From assembly GCA_951406725.2 (NCBI GenBank), contig OX597822.1, positions 55,676,001 to 55,740,000 on the forward strand: a DNA stretch of 64,000 nucleotides, read 5' to 3'. Source of the stretch: Octopus vulgaris. Lineage: Eukaryota. This document shows, in pieces, positions 48,186 to 60,050 of this stretch. Made by a program: the position numbers and the translations under genes. The notes under the pieces are model-generated. The model worked only from the letters and a program-made list of their open reading frames with translations, was not told the DNA's origin and ran no database searches. The first letter of the stretch is position 1. Every line of letters starts with the position of its first letter.

Positions 48186-50375
48186 TTTACACCCACCCCA
48201 CAACACCCCAACTACAATGAAATGAAAGAAGACATCGCAGAATTCTGCAGAAAATTAAGACTTACTGAGGAGCTATACGATAAATACAACGAGGACGAAT
48301 CGTTAGCCAGAAATAGGAGTAACTACACCCCCTCGAAAGGTAAGAATAAAACACTTGATGATTTCTGTGACCACATATCAAATTACCCATATCAACATAT
48401 GCACAAACAAAAACACAAACCAAACTTCAGCAAAAAAGAATGGGCTGAGTTGAACAAATTAAAACTAGATAAAACAATAACAATCAAAGAGGCCGATAAA
48501 GGGAGTGCTGTTGTCTTAATGGATACGACATTTTACATAACTTTGGTACTTTCTATGCTGGAAGACACAACATACTATGAAAAGGCACAAAACTACAGTC
48601 AACAAAAAATAATGAGGGAACTAAAATCCATATTAAACCCATACAAAGCAGGGCTCACCGACAAAGAATATGATTATATGACCAATTTCACAAGTAAAAC
48701 TAGCCAATTCTACGGTATACCTAAGATCCACAAAAGTGAAAAAATAAGCAACGCATGCAAGATAGCTACAGACAAAATAATTAAAGTCCCTAATCCTAAT
48801 GACCTCAAATTGAGACCCATAATAGCAGGTCCCGCATGCGAAACCCACCGCCTCAGTAACTTTTTAGACACCCTGTTAAAACCACTCCTCAAACATGTCA
48901 AAAGCTATATAAGGGACGACTTAGATATGCTCAATCACCTACCGAATACTATAAACAAAAACACCATACTGGTATCCTTCGATGTAGTCAACCTCTACTC
49001 CAATATCCCCCACAACCTAGGACTAGAGGCAATCCAATTCTGGCTAGAGAATCACGCCAACGAACTACCACACCGCATCAAAAAAGAATTTGTGATAGAA
49101 GGGGTTAAATTCATCCTGGAAAATAACTTCTTCGCCTTCAATGACAACTTCTACCGACAAAAATCGGGGACTGCGATGGGTACACGAATGGCCCCCTCCT
49201 TTGCCAACCTAGTCATAGGATACCTAGAGATCAGTCTGTATCGTAAGGTTCTAGAAAGATATGGCAGCCCTTTCTCCATCTACATAGAAAACAACTGGAA
49301 GAGATATCTAGATGACTGTTTCATCCTTTGGCATAAAAATATAGAAAAACTCATAGAATTCCAGAAAATTTTAAACGGACTGGACGTAAACATCCAATTC
49401 ACGATGGAATATAGCCAACAACAACTCCCCTTCCTCGATATCCTCATTAAGAAAGCTAATAATATAATAGAAACAGACATATACTATAAGCCTACAGACT
49501 CTAAGCAATATCTTCCATTCAATTCATGCCACCCCAGACACACCAGGATGAATATCCCCTTCAATCTAGCAAAAAGGATATGCACTATAGTCTCTAACGC
49601 AAACACCAGAGACACACGACTACAAGAACTAAAAGATACCCTAATCACCAGGAACTATCCACCTTCACTTATTGACAAGTGCATTCAACGTGCCCTTCAA
49701 CTTAACATCAAGGAACTGAGACATCCCAAATCAAAGAAAAACTTACAACCAAAAGCCTTACCATACATCTCCACACACAACCCTCTCAATAACGAAGCCT
49801 TCGACACCATCCTCCACAACATACCCCTCCTAAAAAAAGACCACAGAATGAACACAATCCTCCAAACACACACGATCATAAAAAGCAAAAGACAGCCTAG
49901 ATCCATGAAAAGTCTCCTTACACAAGCCCGAATTCACTCTTCAACACAGAAGCCGACAGTAAAAAAATGTGGAAGACCCAATTGCGGGATATGCGACTAT
50001 CTAATCGAGGGTTCGGAGTTCTCCTTCAAACAGGGACAACGGTTTACAGTGAAAAGCAACTTCACATGTGCTTCGGAGAACCTAATATACTCACTAACCT
50101 GCTCCGGGTGTCAAGAGCAGTACATAGGCCAAACAAAAAATGGTTTGCGTAAACGAATGGCCCTGCACAGATCCCAGATAAAAATTCCCCAAAACAGAAA
50201 AATAGCTTTTAGCCAACACATAGATACTTGCGCCAACAAAAAAACACCAAACTTCAGAATTTTCCCCCTCTACCAATTTAGGGACGATACAACCTCGAGA
50301 CAAAGAATAAGTAAAGAAAATCTCTTTATTACAAAATACAAGCCACTTCTTAATGGGTCTACGACAAACAATTAA
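48186..50375 (+). CDS. PLE ORF2 RT + GIY-YIG, inverted 5'-truncated copy (starts at FTPTP)
   Basis: Same protein with one E>D change; the conserved N-terminal motif is cut by the inversion junction. Confidence 0.9.
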   Translation, partial: FTPTPQHPNYNEMKEDIAEFCRKLRLTEELYDKYNEDESLARNRSNYTPSKGKNKTLDDFCDHISNYPYQHMHKQKHKPNFSKKEWAELNKLKLDKTITIKEADKGSAVVLMDTTFYITLVLSMLEDTTYYEKAQNYSQQKIMRELKSILNPYKAGLTDKEYDYMTNFTSKTSQFYGIPKIHKSEKISNACKIATDKIIKVPNPNDLKLRPIIAGPACETHRLSNFLDTLLKPLLKHVKSYIRDDLDMLNHLPNTINKNTILVSFDVVNLYSNIPHNLGLEAIQFWLENHANELPHRIKKEFVIEGVKFILENNFFAFNDNFYRQKSGTAMGTRMAPSFANLVIGYLEISLYRKVLERYGSPFSIYIENNWKRYLDDCFILWHKNIEKLIEFQKILNGLDVNIQFTMEYSQQQLPFLDILIKKANNIIETDIYYKPTDSKQYLPFNSCHPRHTRMNIPFNLAKRICTIVSNANTRDTRLQELKDTLITRNYPPSLIDKCIQRALQLNIKELRHPKSKKNLQPKALPYISTHNPLNNEAFDTILHNIPLLKKDHRMNTILQTHTIIKSKRQPRSMKSLLTQARIHSSTQKPTVKKCGRPNCGICDYLIEGSEFSFKQGQRFTVKSNFTCASENLIYSLTCSGCQEQYIGQTKNGLRKRMALHRSQIKIPQNRKIAFSQHIDTCANKKTPNFRIFPLYQFRDDTTSRQRISKENLFITKYKPLLNGSTTNN

Positions 50376-51070
50376 TATACCTCAACTTTAGAATAAAAGA
50401 AAAAAATATATATACACACACAAATACTACACTCCATAGAATCCATTACTAATCAGCCCCTTCATAGCTATATTTACACCCATTCATATTCTCCCTTCTC
50501 TGTTTTTTTCTTCTTCTTCTTCTTCATCATCATCGTTATCATCATCATCGGCGTCATCATCATCACCACCATCATCACCACCATCTTCTCTCCTTCTTCT
50601 TCTTCTTCTTCTTCTTCTTCTTCATCATCATCGTTATCATCATCATCGTCGTCATAATCATCACCACCATCACCATCATCTTCTCCTTCTCCTTCTTCTT
50701 CTTCTTCTTCTTCTTCTTCTTCTTCTTCTTCTTCTTCTCCACTCCCTACCCCTTAAGTTTGTCACTAATGTTTTTTAGTATAACACCTACACTAATTCTA
50801 TAAACAATCCTGAATTGAACTGAGACTGCCAGCCGCCACTGACCATTCAAAATACGACCATCAGGGCACTCCCAGATTCTCCCACCCCCTTTCCTCACCA
50901 GCCTTCCCTCTACTACCCTACCAAGAACTCACAACTACCTCGAACACACAAGTGCAAACAAGGGAGTCAGAGAAAGGCAGAATGCCACTTAAATCTGAAC
51001 ACTACTATAGAAATATTGTTTTAAAAAAACTTTTCTTCTAATTTTTCTAAATTTAATTATTTAATCGTTA

Positions 51071-51108
51071 CAGTTGAAAAGGTCTCAAAATGACCGAAAC
51101 CGGTACTG
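51071..51108 (+). ncRNA. Minimal hammerhead ribozyme (U3-A8), predicted cleavage after 51105
   Basis: CAGTTGAAAAGGTCTCAAAATGACCGAAACCGGTACTG, about 98 nt before the element 3' end. Confidence 0.8.
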
Positions 51109-51195
51109 AAATGTTCACTATAAAATTATTTTAGCATTTTCTATTTTTTACTTGTTTTTTCATATATATCAACTCGTGTGTTCCTTTTCACCCTT

Positions 51196-51260
<65 letters not shown>

Positions 51261-51271
51261 CGTGTGTGTAT

Positions 51272-51385
51272 GTTTCCCCCCAACATCGCTTGACAACCGA
51301 TGCTGGTGTGCTTACGTCCACCTAACTTAGCGGTTCGGCAAAAGAGACAGATAGAATAAGTACTTACCTTACAAAGAATAAGTCA
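51272..51385 (+). mobile_element. SINE family B, orphan 3' half
   Basis: CCCCCAACATCGCTTGACAACCGATGCTGGTGTG...GATAGAATAAGTACT matches the post-microsatellite half of intact copies. Confidence 0.8.
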
Positions 51386-52176
51386 TGAGGCGCTAACCAA
51401 TGAAATAAAGGACGTTATATCGTCACTCTTGAAAATTGACGTACAATTGAAAATGGAGTACTCGCCCACCAGAGACACCTAACGATGACGTGGTGGTGTA
51501 AAAATTGTGCAACACTTTAAACTTCCCACCCTTTAAAGCTGCTATGCGAAAAATTATTTTTACTACTATGTGGTGGTAATAGTTGTTTAACTTGATTTTA
51601 GTTTTCACAAAGACTTCTGATCAAAGGCATTTAAACAACAATGTCACTCCATTCAATGGAAATTTGACTGCCATTTCTAATAGCACTTACAAACGCATAG
51701 AAGATCCATCACAGGGTTCTTTAGGTGTCTACACGGTTTGTGCTGTATAAATATAGTTGTTTAGCTTTATAGACCATTTTGTTGACTTATTTATTTTGTA
51801 AATCAGTATTTTTATCAGATAAAAGTCTAAGGCTGATTTAACGAATTGCTAATGTGTATACAAAAAATTAATGTAGACAGCCGTATGCAATGTGTTACCT
51901 AAAAGGAAAACTAGTTATCACTAGATATAACTAGGGTCACTGTGTGGTTGGTAAGCAAGCTTCTTAGCGTCCAGTCACACTTGCGCCGATATAATTGAAG
52001 TATTAATAGAGCGGATAGGAGTACCACTATTAAATCTTTAGATAAAACTTGTAACCGCCGTTTCCAGGAATCATATCCTTTAGGAGGGAAGTGCCTGAGT
52101 AAAAACGTAGTATACAAGTGCGAAGTTAGTACAGTAAATCCTATGGGACATAGGAAAATTTATATAGGGAGTACTC

Positions 52177-52815
52177 TCTTTACTCTTTTACTCTTTTACT
52201 TGTTTCAGTCATTTGACTGTGGCCATGCTGGAGCACCGCCTTTAGTCGAATGAATCGACCCCAGGACTTATTCTTTGTAATCCTAGTACTTATTCTATCG
52301 GTCTATTTTGCCGAACCGCTAAGTTACGGGGACGTAAACACACCAGCATCGGTTGTCAAGCGATGTTGGTGGGGGGGGGGGAGACAAACACAGACACACA
52401 GAAATACATACATATATATATATATATAATAGTTATCGCCATACTAATATGGCATTCTTATAAAAATAAGAATAAAGCTGTCCGCTTATTAGCTCCATGA
52501 GGCCATGGAGCTAATAAGCGGACAGCTTTATTCTTATTTTTATAAGAATGCCATATTAGTATGGCGATAACTATTATTTTCCGGGAACGCTGCCGCTGTT
52601 CTCTTTTAGAGAGACTTAGTAATTTTAATATTTCTATTATATATATATATATATATACATATATACGACGGGCTTCTTTCAGTTTCCGTCTACCAAATCC
52701 ACTCACAAGGCTTTGGTCGGCCCGAGGCTATAGCAGAAGACACTTGCCCAAGTTGCCACGCAGTGGGACTGAACCCAGAACCATGTGGTTCGTAAGCAAG
52801 CTACTTACCATACAG
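52177..52815 (-). mobile_element. SINE family B copy with an insert in its internal (TA)n
   Basis: Head at 52660-52815 (uninterrupted target GGTAAGTAGCTTGCTTAC), 3' half at 52177-52390. Confidence 0.85.
52426..52577. repeat. Perfect palindrome, 74-bp arms, 4-nt loop
   Basis: 52426-52499 is the exact reverse complement of 52504-52577. Confidence 0.95.
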
Positions 52816-53974
52816 TAATATTGATTTTAAAATAAATATAGGGGACACAAGAATTCATTTCTTAACCCCAATATAAAAAAAAACTCCACGACATTAGCAT
52901 CATGCATTAACCACTTCAAGTGACTAACATTGAGTATAATTTAAGGTGGTCGATAATTACTGAATCAACACCATATAACAAGCAAACAAAGTCTTGTAGG
53001 CTTTGCATAAAGGAATCGAGTAGCATATTATGTGCTTGTAATACAAATAAACATATTAAATATAATTACGGATGTCTTAGTATGTTGTAAGCATAAATAT
53101 TTAGCAACTTTAAAATTTTTAAACTTTAAAATTAAATATTTTTTAAAAATATGACCTGGATTGGATCCAATGAATATTTATATACAAATCTTTTATCTTA
53201 AATTACCGCTCTCTTATAGTAGTATGGATTAAAAAAAATATATCAATACAAAATGGATATATTCCAATTGGAATATTCCAGAAAAGGAAGATAATGAAAC
53301 GAACAACGAAAGGGAAATGGCTACGAAAAGAAAGAGAAGGAAAAGAAAAAAAGCATGTCACGTGAATATAGACGCACACCCCACACCCACCCACACATGC
53401 CCCTCCTCCACCTACAGACGCTAAACCTCCCCACTCTCCTCCGACACAAAGAAGAGCAAACACACAAAATAACCCCCAAACTTCCTCTCCCCTGGCCGAG
53501 GAAAAAAATTATTATGTAGTGCTGTATGACAAGTCAAATGAGGAACTTGTCGAAGAATCGTGCACTTGGGAAAATACATGGTTACAGTGGGTCCAGGAAC
53601 GTACACCTATATACAAGGGCGGTATAGTTGGTTGCTGGTGACCCAGAAGCAATTATCAAGAATAATGGAATTCAAGGATGGATTTGAATATTCGGAAGAT
53701 AAAAATAAAAATGGATATAAGTGAGCTACAAGGCTATATAGATTATATGGACCTTCTAACGAAGTATACGACTGACATTTTGTCTGGAACTCTGATCAAA
53801 GTAAGGTATGAATGAAACCGCTCAGAGGTGGGGCCGAAAAGCTTCATTACATTTTTCATTTTCATCTCATCTTCCTTTCATACGTTTTTCATTGTTTTCT
53901 TCTTTGTTTCTTGTCCCCCACATGTCTTGTATTGTCTCCTTTGTGTAGCCCCTTGTGGGTAATAAAAAATCATT

Positions 53975-56450
53975 TCATATTTAATCTTTGTATAGAAATG
54001 ATTATATTCTTATATTTTGGTTTTATATTTTGAAAGTGTCTAAAATCTGTTCTCTTGAAGTTTTACTTAGCTGTGTGAAACTAAGGTGTGCTTTGTTTGT
54101 AAGTTTGTTCAAGTTATTTATTAGAGTTATTTGTTGAAGCAAATTGCTTGTTGAAGACCTATTCTTATTGCTTTTGAAAGTAACCTGCCTCAAATTGCCC
54201 CGTGAGGAGAAATTATAATTGTTGAACTTTAACATTTCTGTGCGGCGTCAAGCCAATTTTTCTGCGAGGAGTAACCCCAAAATTTGCGTGTTCGGCGTTG
54301 GCCGTTTTCCGTGACTCGATCGAGTCTGAAAGTTTTACACTGAAACTGTCACCAGTATCATCGGTGGAATCACCATTGTCTCAAACTATGCAAACACCAG
54401 TCATGTCGCCACAAAATAAGGCAACGAAAAAAAAAAATATGGATGTACCCAGTATGTCGACCGGTGAGTTACTTGTGACTCCCGGAAAAAAGAATTCGCT
54501 AGTAGCATCGCCCAAAAAGAAGTTAAATGTGAAAAGAAATATTGAAGTACCCAGTCTGTCTACCGGTGATCCACCCGTGACTCCCTTGACAGAGTCGCCT
54601 AAAAAATTAAGTTCTGCAGCGGCAGCTGGCGAGAAAAGACATAACTATATAGATAAAGGAACTCTCCAAATATGAAAAGATGTTAACTAACAAAGGAGGG
54701 GTCAGAGGTTAAAGTGGCTCCTCCAACCAGCATAACGGAAAACACGAATAAAACAACTGTGTACAAAACGTTTAATGTAAAAAGCAAAAAAATAGATAAG
54801 GTGTCGGAAGAAGCGGTGGAGAAGTGTCTGAAGCCGATATGGCAAGATATCACTTACATAACGAGAGAGAAAAAAGTTTGCTCTGATTGAAGTAAGGATG
54901 ACTACGGAGGAGAAACATCACTCCACAGCAACCTTAAAAACAGAAGAAGTAATTCTCCTCCCCACTTACACGGGGGAGGGGGAGAACTTCAATGATAATG
55001 ATAGGGAGTATCCCACCGGAAGCGGATGCCGCCTGGTTGGTCGCAGCCGCAACCGTAGACCTGGAGAAGATTACACTCTTCCAAGCTATGGTTACAGAAA
55101 AACAGAATTGTCAAGGGCAAATCTTCAATATCATGATACAAGCGGAACCCCTGACACTAGAAGAGATACCGGAGGTGATTCAGGTGGGAGAGGCCAGATT
55201 GGTCGTTTTCGTTGAAGGACGTAAGCACAGGTGGTCAATAGTGAAAATAAAGATTACCCAAACCTCTCTTTCGAAACCTACCAACAACAACAACAACCGT
55301 AAAATTAAAAGAGCAAAGAAACCACTCTCTGAGATGGACAAATCGATGGACAACTTGAAGGCAGTGAGAGCATCAAACAACAGACGACTAGGCCTTTTGT
55401 CAGTCACCCCGACTGCCAAACGGATGGATGAACACTCACCAAAATACTATTACATCTACCAAATTGACGGAAAAAATTATAATATAATGAAAAATGATTT
55501 CAGGGATAATGTAGGCCCATTGCGGAAAGATTTCTCGACGCCAATATTCGAAGGCCTAACTCACCCAACCACGCAAGCCCGTGGCAAAGAAAAAGAGGTG
55601 GATTCTCATCCACCTCCTACCACAGATTAAGGTAGGTCGAAATGGCTATTCATGCTGGTTGTTTAAATGTACGTAGCCTGACGTCGAGCTGGAAGCAAGG
55701 GCACTTTCTAAATGACACCAGGTCACGTGATTTGGATGTAATTGTTGCTACTGAAACCTGGTTAAAGGGGCCAAGAGATCTGCTCCCGCTCCTGGACGAT
55801 TACGAGAAATTCATTTCTCCAGGCTCTTCATCGGGCGGAAATGGGATGTTGGTCCTATTAAAAAGAAATCGGGTTTCAGAGAAAAGGTTAATTTTTTCTG
55901 ATCCAGAAGGTAGGCAGGTCGTCATGGACTTGACGTTCAGTTGTAGTAAGACTATCAGACTGGTTGCAATTTATGCACCCAATTCAATTGATCAAAGTGA
56001 GTATTTTCGTGACCTGGAGAAATTTCTGGGTACGTCACATTCACTAGTTTTGTCAGGAGACTTTAACATAATCTACGTTGAACGCGTGGATTACGTTGTC
56101 TCGAATACGAATGGGCGAGGTAATCTTTGCTTCCGCGGTCAGCTAAATTGCTTTCAGCTAGTAGATTCATATAGACTTGAATTTCCTAACGCTCCATTGT
56201 GGACATGGTCAAACAGCGACGGGTCATGCAGGTCAAACAGAGATAGGATTTTTATAGGAGAAACAGACAGAAATATAGCTAATTTTCATCTGGTCAGCTA
56301 CAGTGATCACAAGCTAGTCACTTGTAAGCTGAACATAGACTATATAGTCGAGGTTCCGGCTACTGGAAGCTCAATACGTCCCTTTTGGCGATTGAAGAGT
56401 AAAGGAACCGGATTAAGATGTTAATACAGAGGTCGTTGACTGGAACCATT
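53975..56450 (+). mobile_element. Decayed, 3'-truncated Tx1/L1-clade LINE (ORF1 + AP endonuclease)
   Basis: Frameshifted ORF1 at 54.3-55.6 kb. ORF2 from 55642: CLNVRSL, ATETW, IYAPN, GDFN, WTW, DRIF, SDH, then shifted RGSGYWKLNTSLL. RT absent. Confidence 0.85.
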
Positions 56451-56989
56451 TACTATGGCTATTACTGTGTGTAAAAGCCACACGTTTTAATGGGACTCAA
56501 GTCAAACTACCATTAATGATTTCGTGGTCACTATGCACTATCATGTTCTCCACTCATCAGTATGAACATAGCCGGGGGAAAATAAATATGTAAACATCAG
56601 TACATACCAAACGAACACAACGCATCCAATAGGGTATATACAAATGTTTACACTTGTAAATCCAATTTAAAGGGGTCTCTGCCTAATTCCTCTCGCCACC
56701 TGTGTATAATCGAAATAATTCAGCACTGAATATATTCCGATTCAATATTTGTAAAGCGGAGAACATGGTAATACATGGTGACCACGAAATCATTAATGGT
56801 ATACGACTAAACCTTTTTATAGTGAAGAGCGTATCATCAGATCCTAAACCTGTTGGCCTATGGCCTCTCTAGCAAGTGGCCTCTCCAGAAAATGGAAAAG
56901 GAAAAGACTTCGTTATCCTATGCCAACAACAGGGAATTGTCTCATTTTTGCCGTTATTTTTAATTGACCCTGTTAACGCTTATATCTTA

Positions 56990-58400
56990 GGATCATGAAG
57001 TGCATGAAGGGTCCGAAGATTTCCATTCTGGAAGTAAGGATGTTCTTTGCGTGAAGGCAGTCCTCTTATATTCTCGTCCGTTCGGCTATGCGCAGTTTAC
57101 AACGCTTGATCCAGTTTATGTGAGGGTCTGGTTTTCTTTAGGATTTTCCATGATATTACGTGTGGAATTCCGACGTCCTTCAACCGCCAAACATGGCTGG
57201 CTAATCACGTAGCGTATCTCCCTTCCAGTGTCCTGAAAGAGGATCTGTGATTAAAAAGGCGTTGCTTGAACGTATTACCGGAGCATCTGATCTATCTGTT
57301 CGGGTGTTGCTGATGTTGTATCTGCTGGTGTTGACGCCGCTGCTACTGCTGTTGTTGGTACTGGTACTGTTGTTATTGGTTTTGGCATCGTTGAAGATGG
57401 CGATGATATTGGTGTTGCTACTGCTGGCGTAGGGGGCATCAATAGCGATGGTGCTGTTATTGGTGTTATGATCATCGCCTTTGGTGTTGTTGGAGCTGTT
57501 GTCGGCGCTTTCGTGGTGGGTGATGCTGCCACTGTTGTTATAGTTACCACTGGCAATGGTTCTTCTTCTATTTCTGCTAGGGATAATGCCATTGCTGCCG
57601 TTGATGTTGTTATCGCTGACGATGGTGTTGCCGCTAATTCTGTTCGCGTTATTGCTGCTGCTATTGGTAGTCATCCTTGCCATTGTAGTAGTCGTTGGAG
57701 AGGCTGCTGATATCGCTGCTGCTTCTAGGATTGGCCAGCACCTCAGCTTCATAGACGACTCTCTTGGTTTCGCAATGGGCATCTGTTGTAGTCCCGGCAT
57801 GATTATCCCGCCTCCGCTCGTGGTCTAGGGATGCTAACTAGAATGCTCTTGATATGGGTCGCCCATCTAAATGAAACTCTGATGCTGTGCCTATTGAAAG
57901 TGTGTCCATACCTATGCGAACTTGTGAAGTGTTTATCTACTAGTTTAAGGAATATCCTATCTACACACGTTTTTACGTTAAAGGAGGAGTGGGTGGTTGA
58001 ACAAAATGATAATTCTGCGGCACTTCCTTCCTTCTGTGGGTGTTAGGGCCCGGAATGTAGGGGATGGGATCCTTGACTCCACTAGAATCTAGTGATTCGT
58101 TATAGGTCGGGGGGAGGGGGGCTGTATAAAAAATCTCTTGGCTAGAAGAAATGTTCGTGATCCTCTTGCTAACACCCTTCATCAAGTTTTTGAACATATA
58201 TATATCCAGGTGGGCGTGTCGATGTACATGTTGATGTGTGTTGATGGCTTGTGGTAGGGCGTGTATGCACCGGAGCCCAAGTCGAGCTTAACGTCTAAGA
58301 AGCCTGCGGTGGTGAGATTGGTCTCCATGGTAATTTTCAGAATCATGGAGCCAAGGGTGCTAATTAGATCTTTCCTAAGCCTCTCTAGGTGTGTCCGTTG
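56990..58400 (-). mobile_element. Decayed Naiad-like PLE (RT thumb, N-rich linker, GIY-YIG remnant)
   Basis: FLDVKLDL..Y.PY.KP; SKRITNISSSQEIF....Y..L..SG; FLKLVDKHF...FNR; PLSGH. Confidence 0.65.
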
Positions 58401-58475
58401 GTTCCTCTAGAATGTGTGTATGTGTATGTATATGAGTGCGTGTGCGTGTATATGTGCGCGTCTGTGTGTGTTTGT

Positions 58476-58521
<46 letters not shown>

Positions 58522-58699
58522 TTATATATAATCATAATCTTTAGTTACTTTGTATTTTTCTTTTCAGATTAGGTAGGTAGTTAGGTAGTAGTTTTGAAAT
58601 TTATCTTAGATTTTATATTACATACAATTATGATAGATAGAAGAGATCTAACCGGAATTGATCTCATTTGTGATCTAATGGATTTGCCTCTTTTTCCAT

Positions 58700-60009
58700 C
58701 AATTTTAACCTCAAATTTTGCACCGATACGTGCTATCCAATATCATGGGCCAGTTCGCCGTTAGGTTTAGCCTCTATAAACAATACCTATTGGACATTGT
58801 TACCACCATGCCACAAGTCTTATTTGCCTTACTTTTAATTAATTCTTTCTGGTCTAATCCATGGATTGTTCGAATACCTCAGACAAGTTTCATTTCTATC
58901 ACTTCCTATGATGTTTTCTAACTGTTCTTGGCATCCATTCTTGCTCGGATTCTCTTCTTTTTCTTGCGTCTAGACCGGCTTTTATATGCTAATAAGTGCA
59001 TATTTGTAAATGTGCAAGATAATATAGAATTAGCAAAGAATAATATAGAATTAGCTATCACCTTGGAATATTTCTGTCAATGGCCTAATTCTATTAGTGA
59101 CTATAGAAGTAACTTCAGTTGTTGCCGCTAGTTATGTGGACCATGTTATTGTCAATCTCAATTGGCTATAGCAGATAGAACCTTAGTACGGTGTAGTAGT
59201 AAATCTATGAATGAAGGAAGCATCTTTTCTCACTATATGGGCAGTAGACTTTTGGTGGTTCTGCTTCGCTTCTTTAAAGATAGATTTGTTGAAGAAGAGC
59301 TGTTCAGCACAGACTCCCACTTCTTTTTCCTCCTATTTGCGCATCAGTCACCACACTGTTTGTTTTGCAATTAAGTAACCAGTGTACAGCTCATACTGAA
59401 CATTTAACATGGTATGAGTCCTGTAGTTTTGGGTATTGTGTGTTGACCATGTAAGTGTCAACCCCTTCGGCACCTCATCGTTCATTATTCGTTTGAATAG
59501 GCTGACGACAGCTTCCCTATAGAACTTTTCTATAACAGGAAATAACTACCAAGTTTCTCCCTAGTAATTTTTCCATTTCGTAGTTCTGCAACAACCGTCA
59601 GGTGAGTTTCATCGCAGATATTATGTTTTGGAAAAGACGTTTGCATAGTACTCACTCCGTATTCATTTAACCACATAGCATCGCGGTTGTTTTATTTGTT
59701 TTCATTCAGAGCTCTCTGATGAGGGGTCCATTGCAACTTTAATACGATCTTTCATGCTGCAGTATATACTTTGTGGGTTTAATGCAAATTTGCGGTTGAC
59801 AATGCTTTCTTTACTCTTTTGCTCTTTTACTTGTTTCAGTCATTTGACTGCGGCCATGCTGGAGCACCGCCATTAGTCGAGCAATTTGACCCCAGGACTT
59901 ATTCTTTGTAAACCTAGTACTTATTCTATCGGTCTCTTTTGCCGAACAGCTAAGTTATGGGGACGTAAACACACCGACATCGGTTGTCAAGCGATGTTGG
60001 GGGACAAGT

Positions 60010-60050
<41 letters not shown>

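Larger units (their letters stand above)
38245..51203. mobile_element. Young tandem and inverted array of a two-ORF, EN+ Neptune-like Penelope element
   Basis: Minus units at 38245-39093 (cut by the gap), 39094-43476 and 43477-47902, plus a partial 3' repeat at 47903-48186. An inverted 5'-truncated plus copy at 48185-51203 ends in (TA)n. Units are near-identical. Confidence 0.95.
51990..53130 (+). mobile_element. Decayed Naiad-like PLE GIY-YIG fragment split by a SINE
   Basis: TCN...YPLGGKCLSKNVVYKC...IYIGST [SINE] ...LRWSII...PYNKQTKSCRLCIKE. Confidence 0.65.

Noticed and set aside
36589-48186. PLE array as a telomere-maintaining, Athena-like system
   Set aside because: A 100-N gap separates array and repeats. 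The PLE contains no telomeric repeats and has an intact GIY-YIG. Its sense strand would run into TTAGGG, the opposite of end-primed Athena polarity.
48159-48186. Novel N-terminus (MFEVVVSSW) on the 738-aa ORF
   Set aside because: Chance read-through from the inverted 3' repeat across the inversion junction.
56990-58400. Selenoprotein/SECIS features reported for some Naiad PLEs
   Set aside because: The relic is too decayed to tell in-frame TGA from random stops, and no SECIS is recognisable by eye.
59716-59760. CTGATGAG hammerhead core
   Set aside because: No stem II closure or GAAA follows. CTGACGA at ~2667 fails in the same way.
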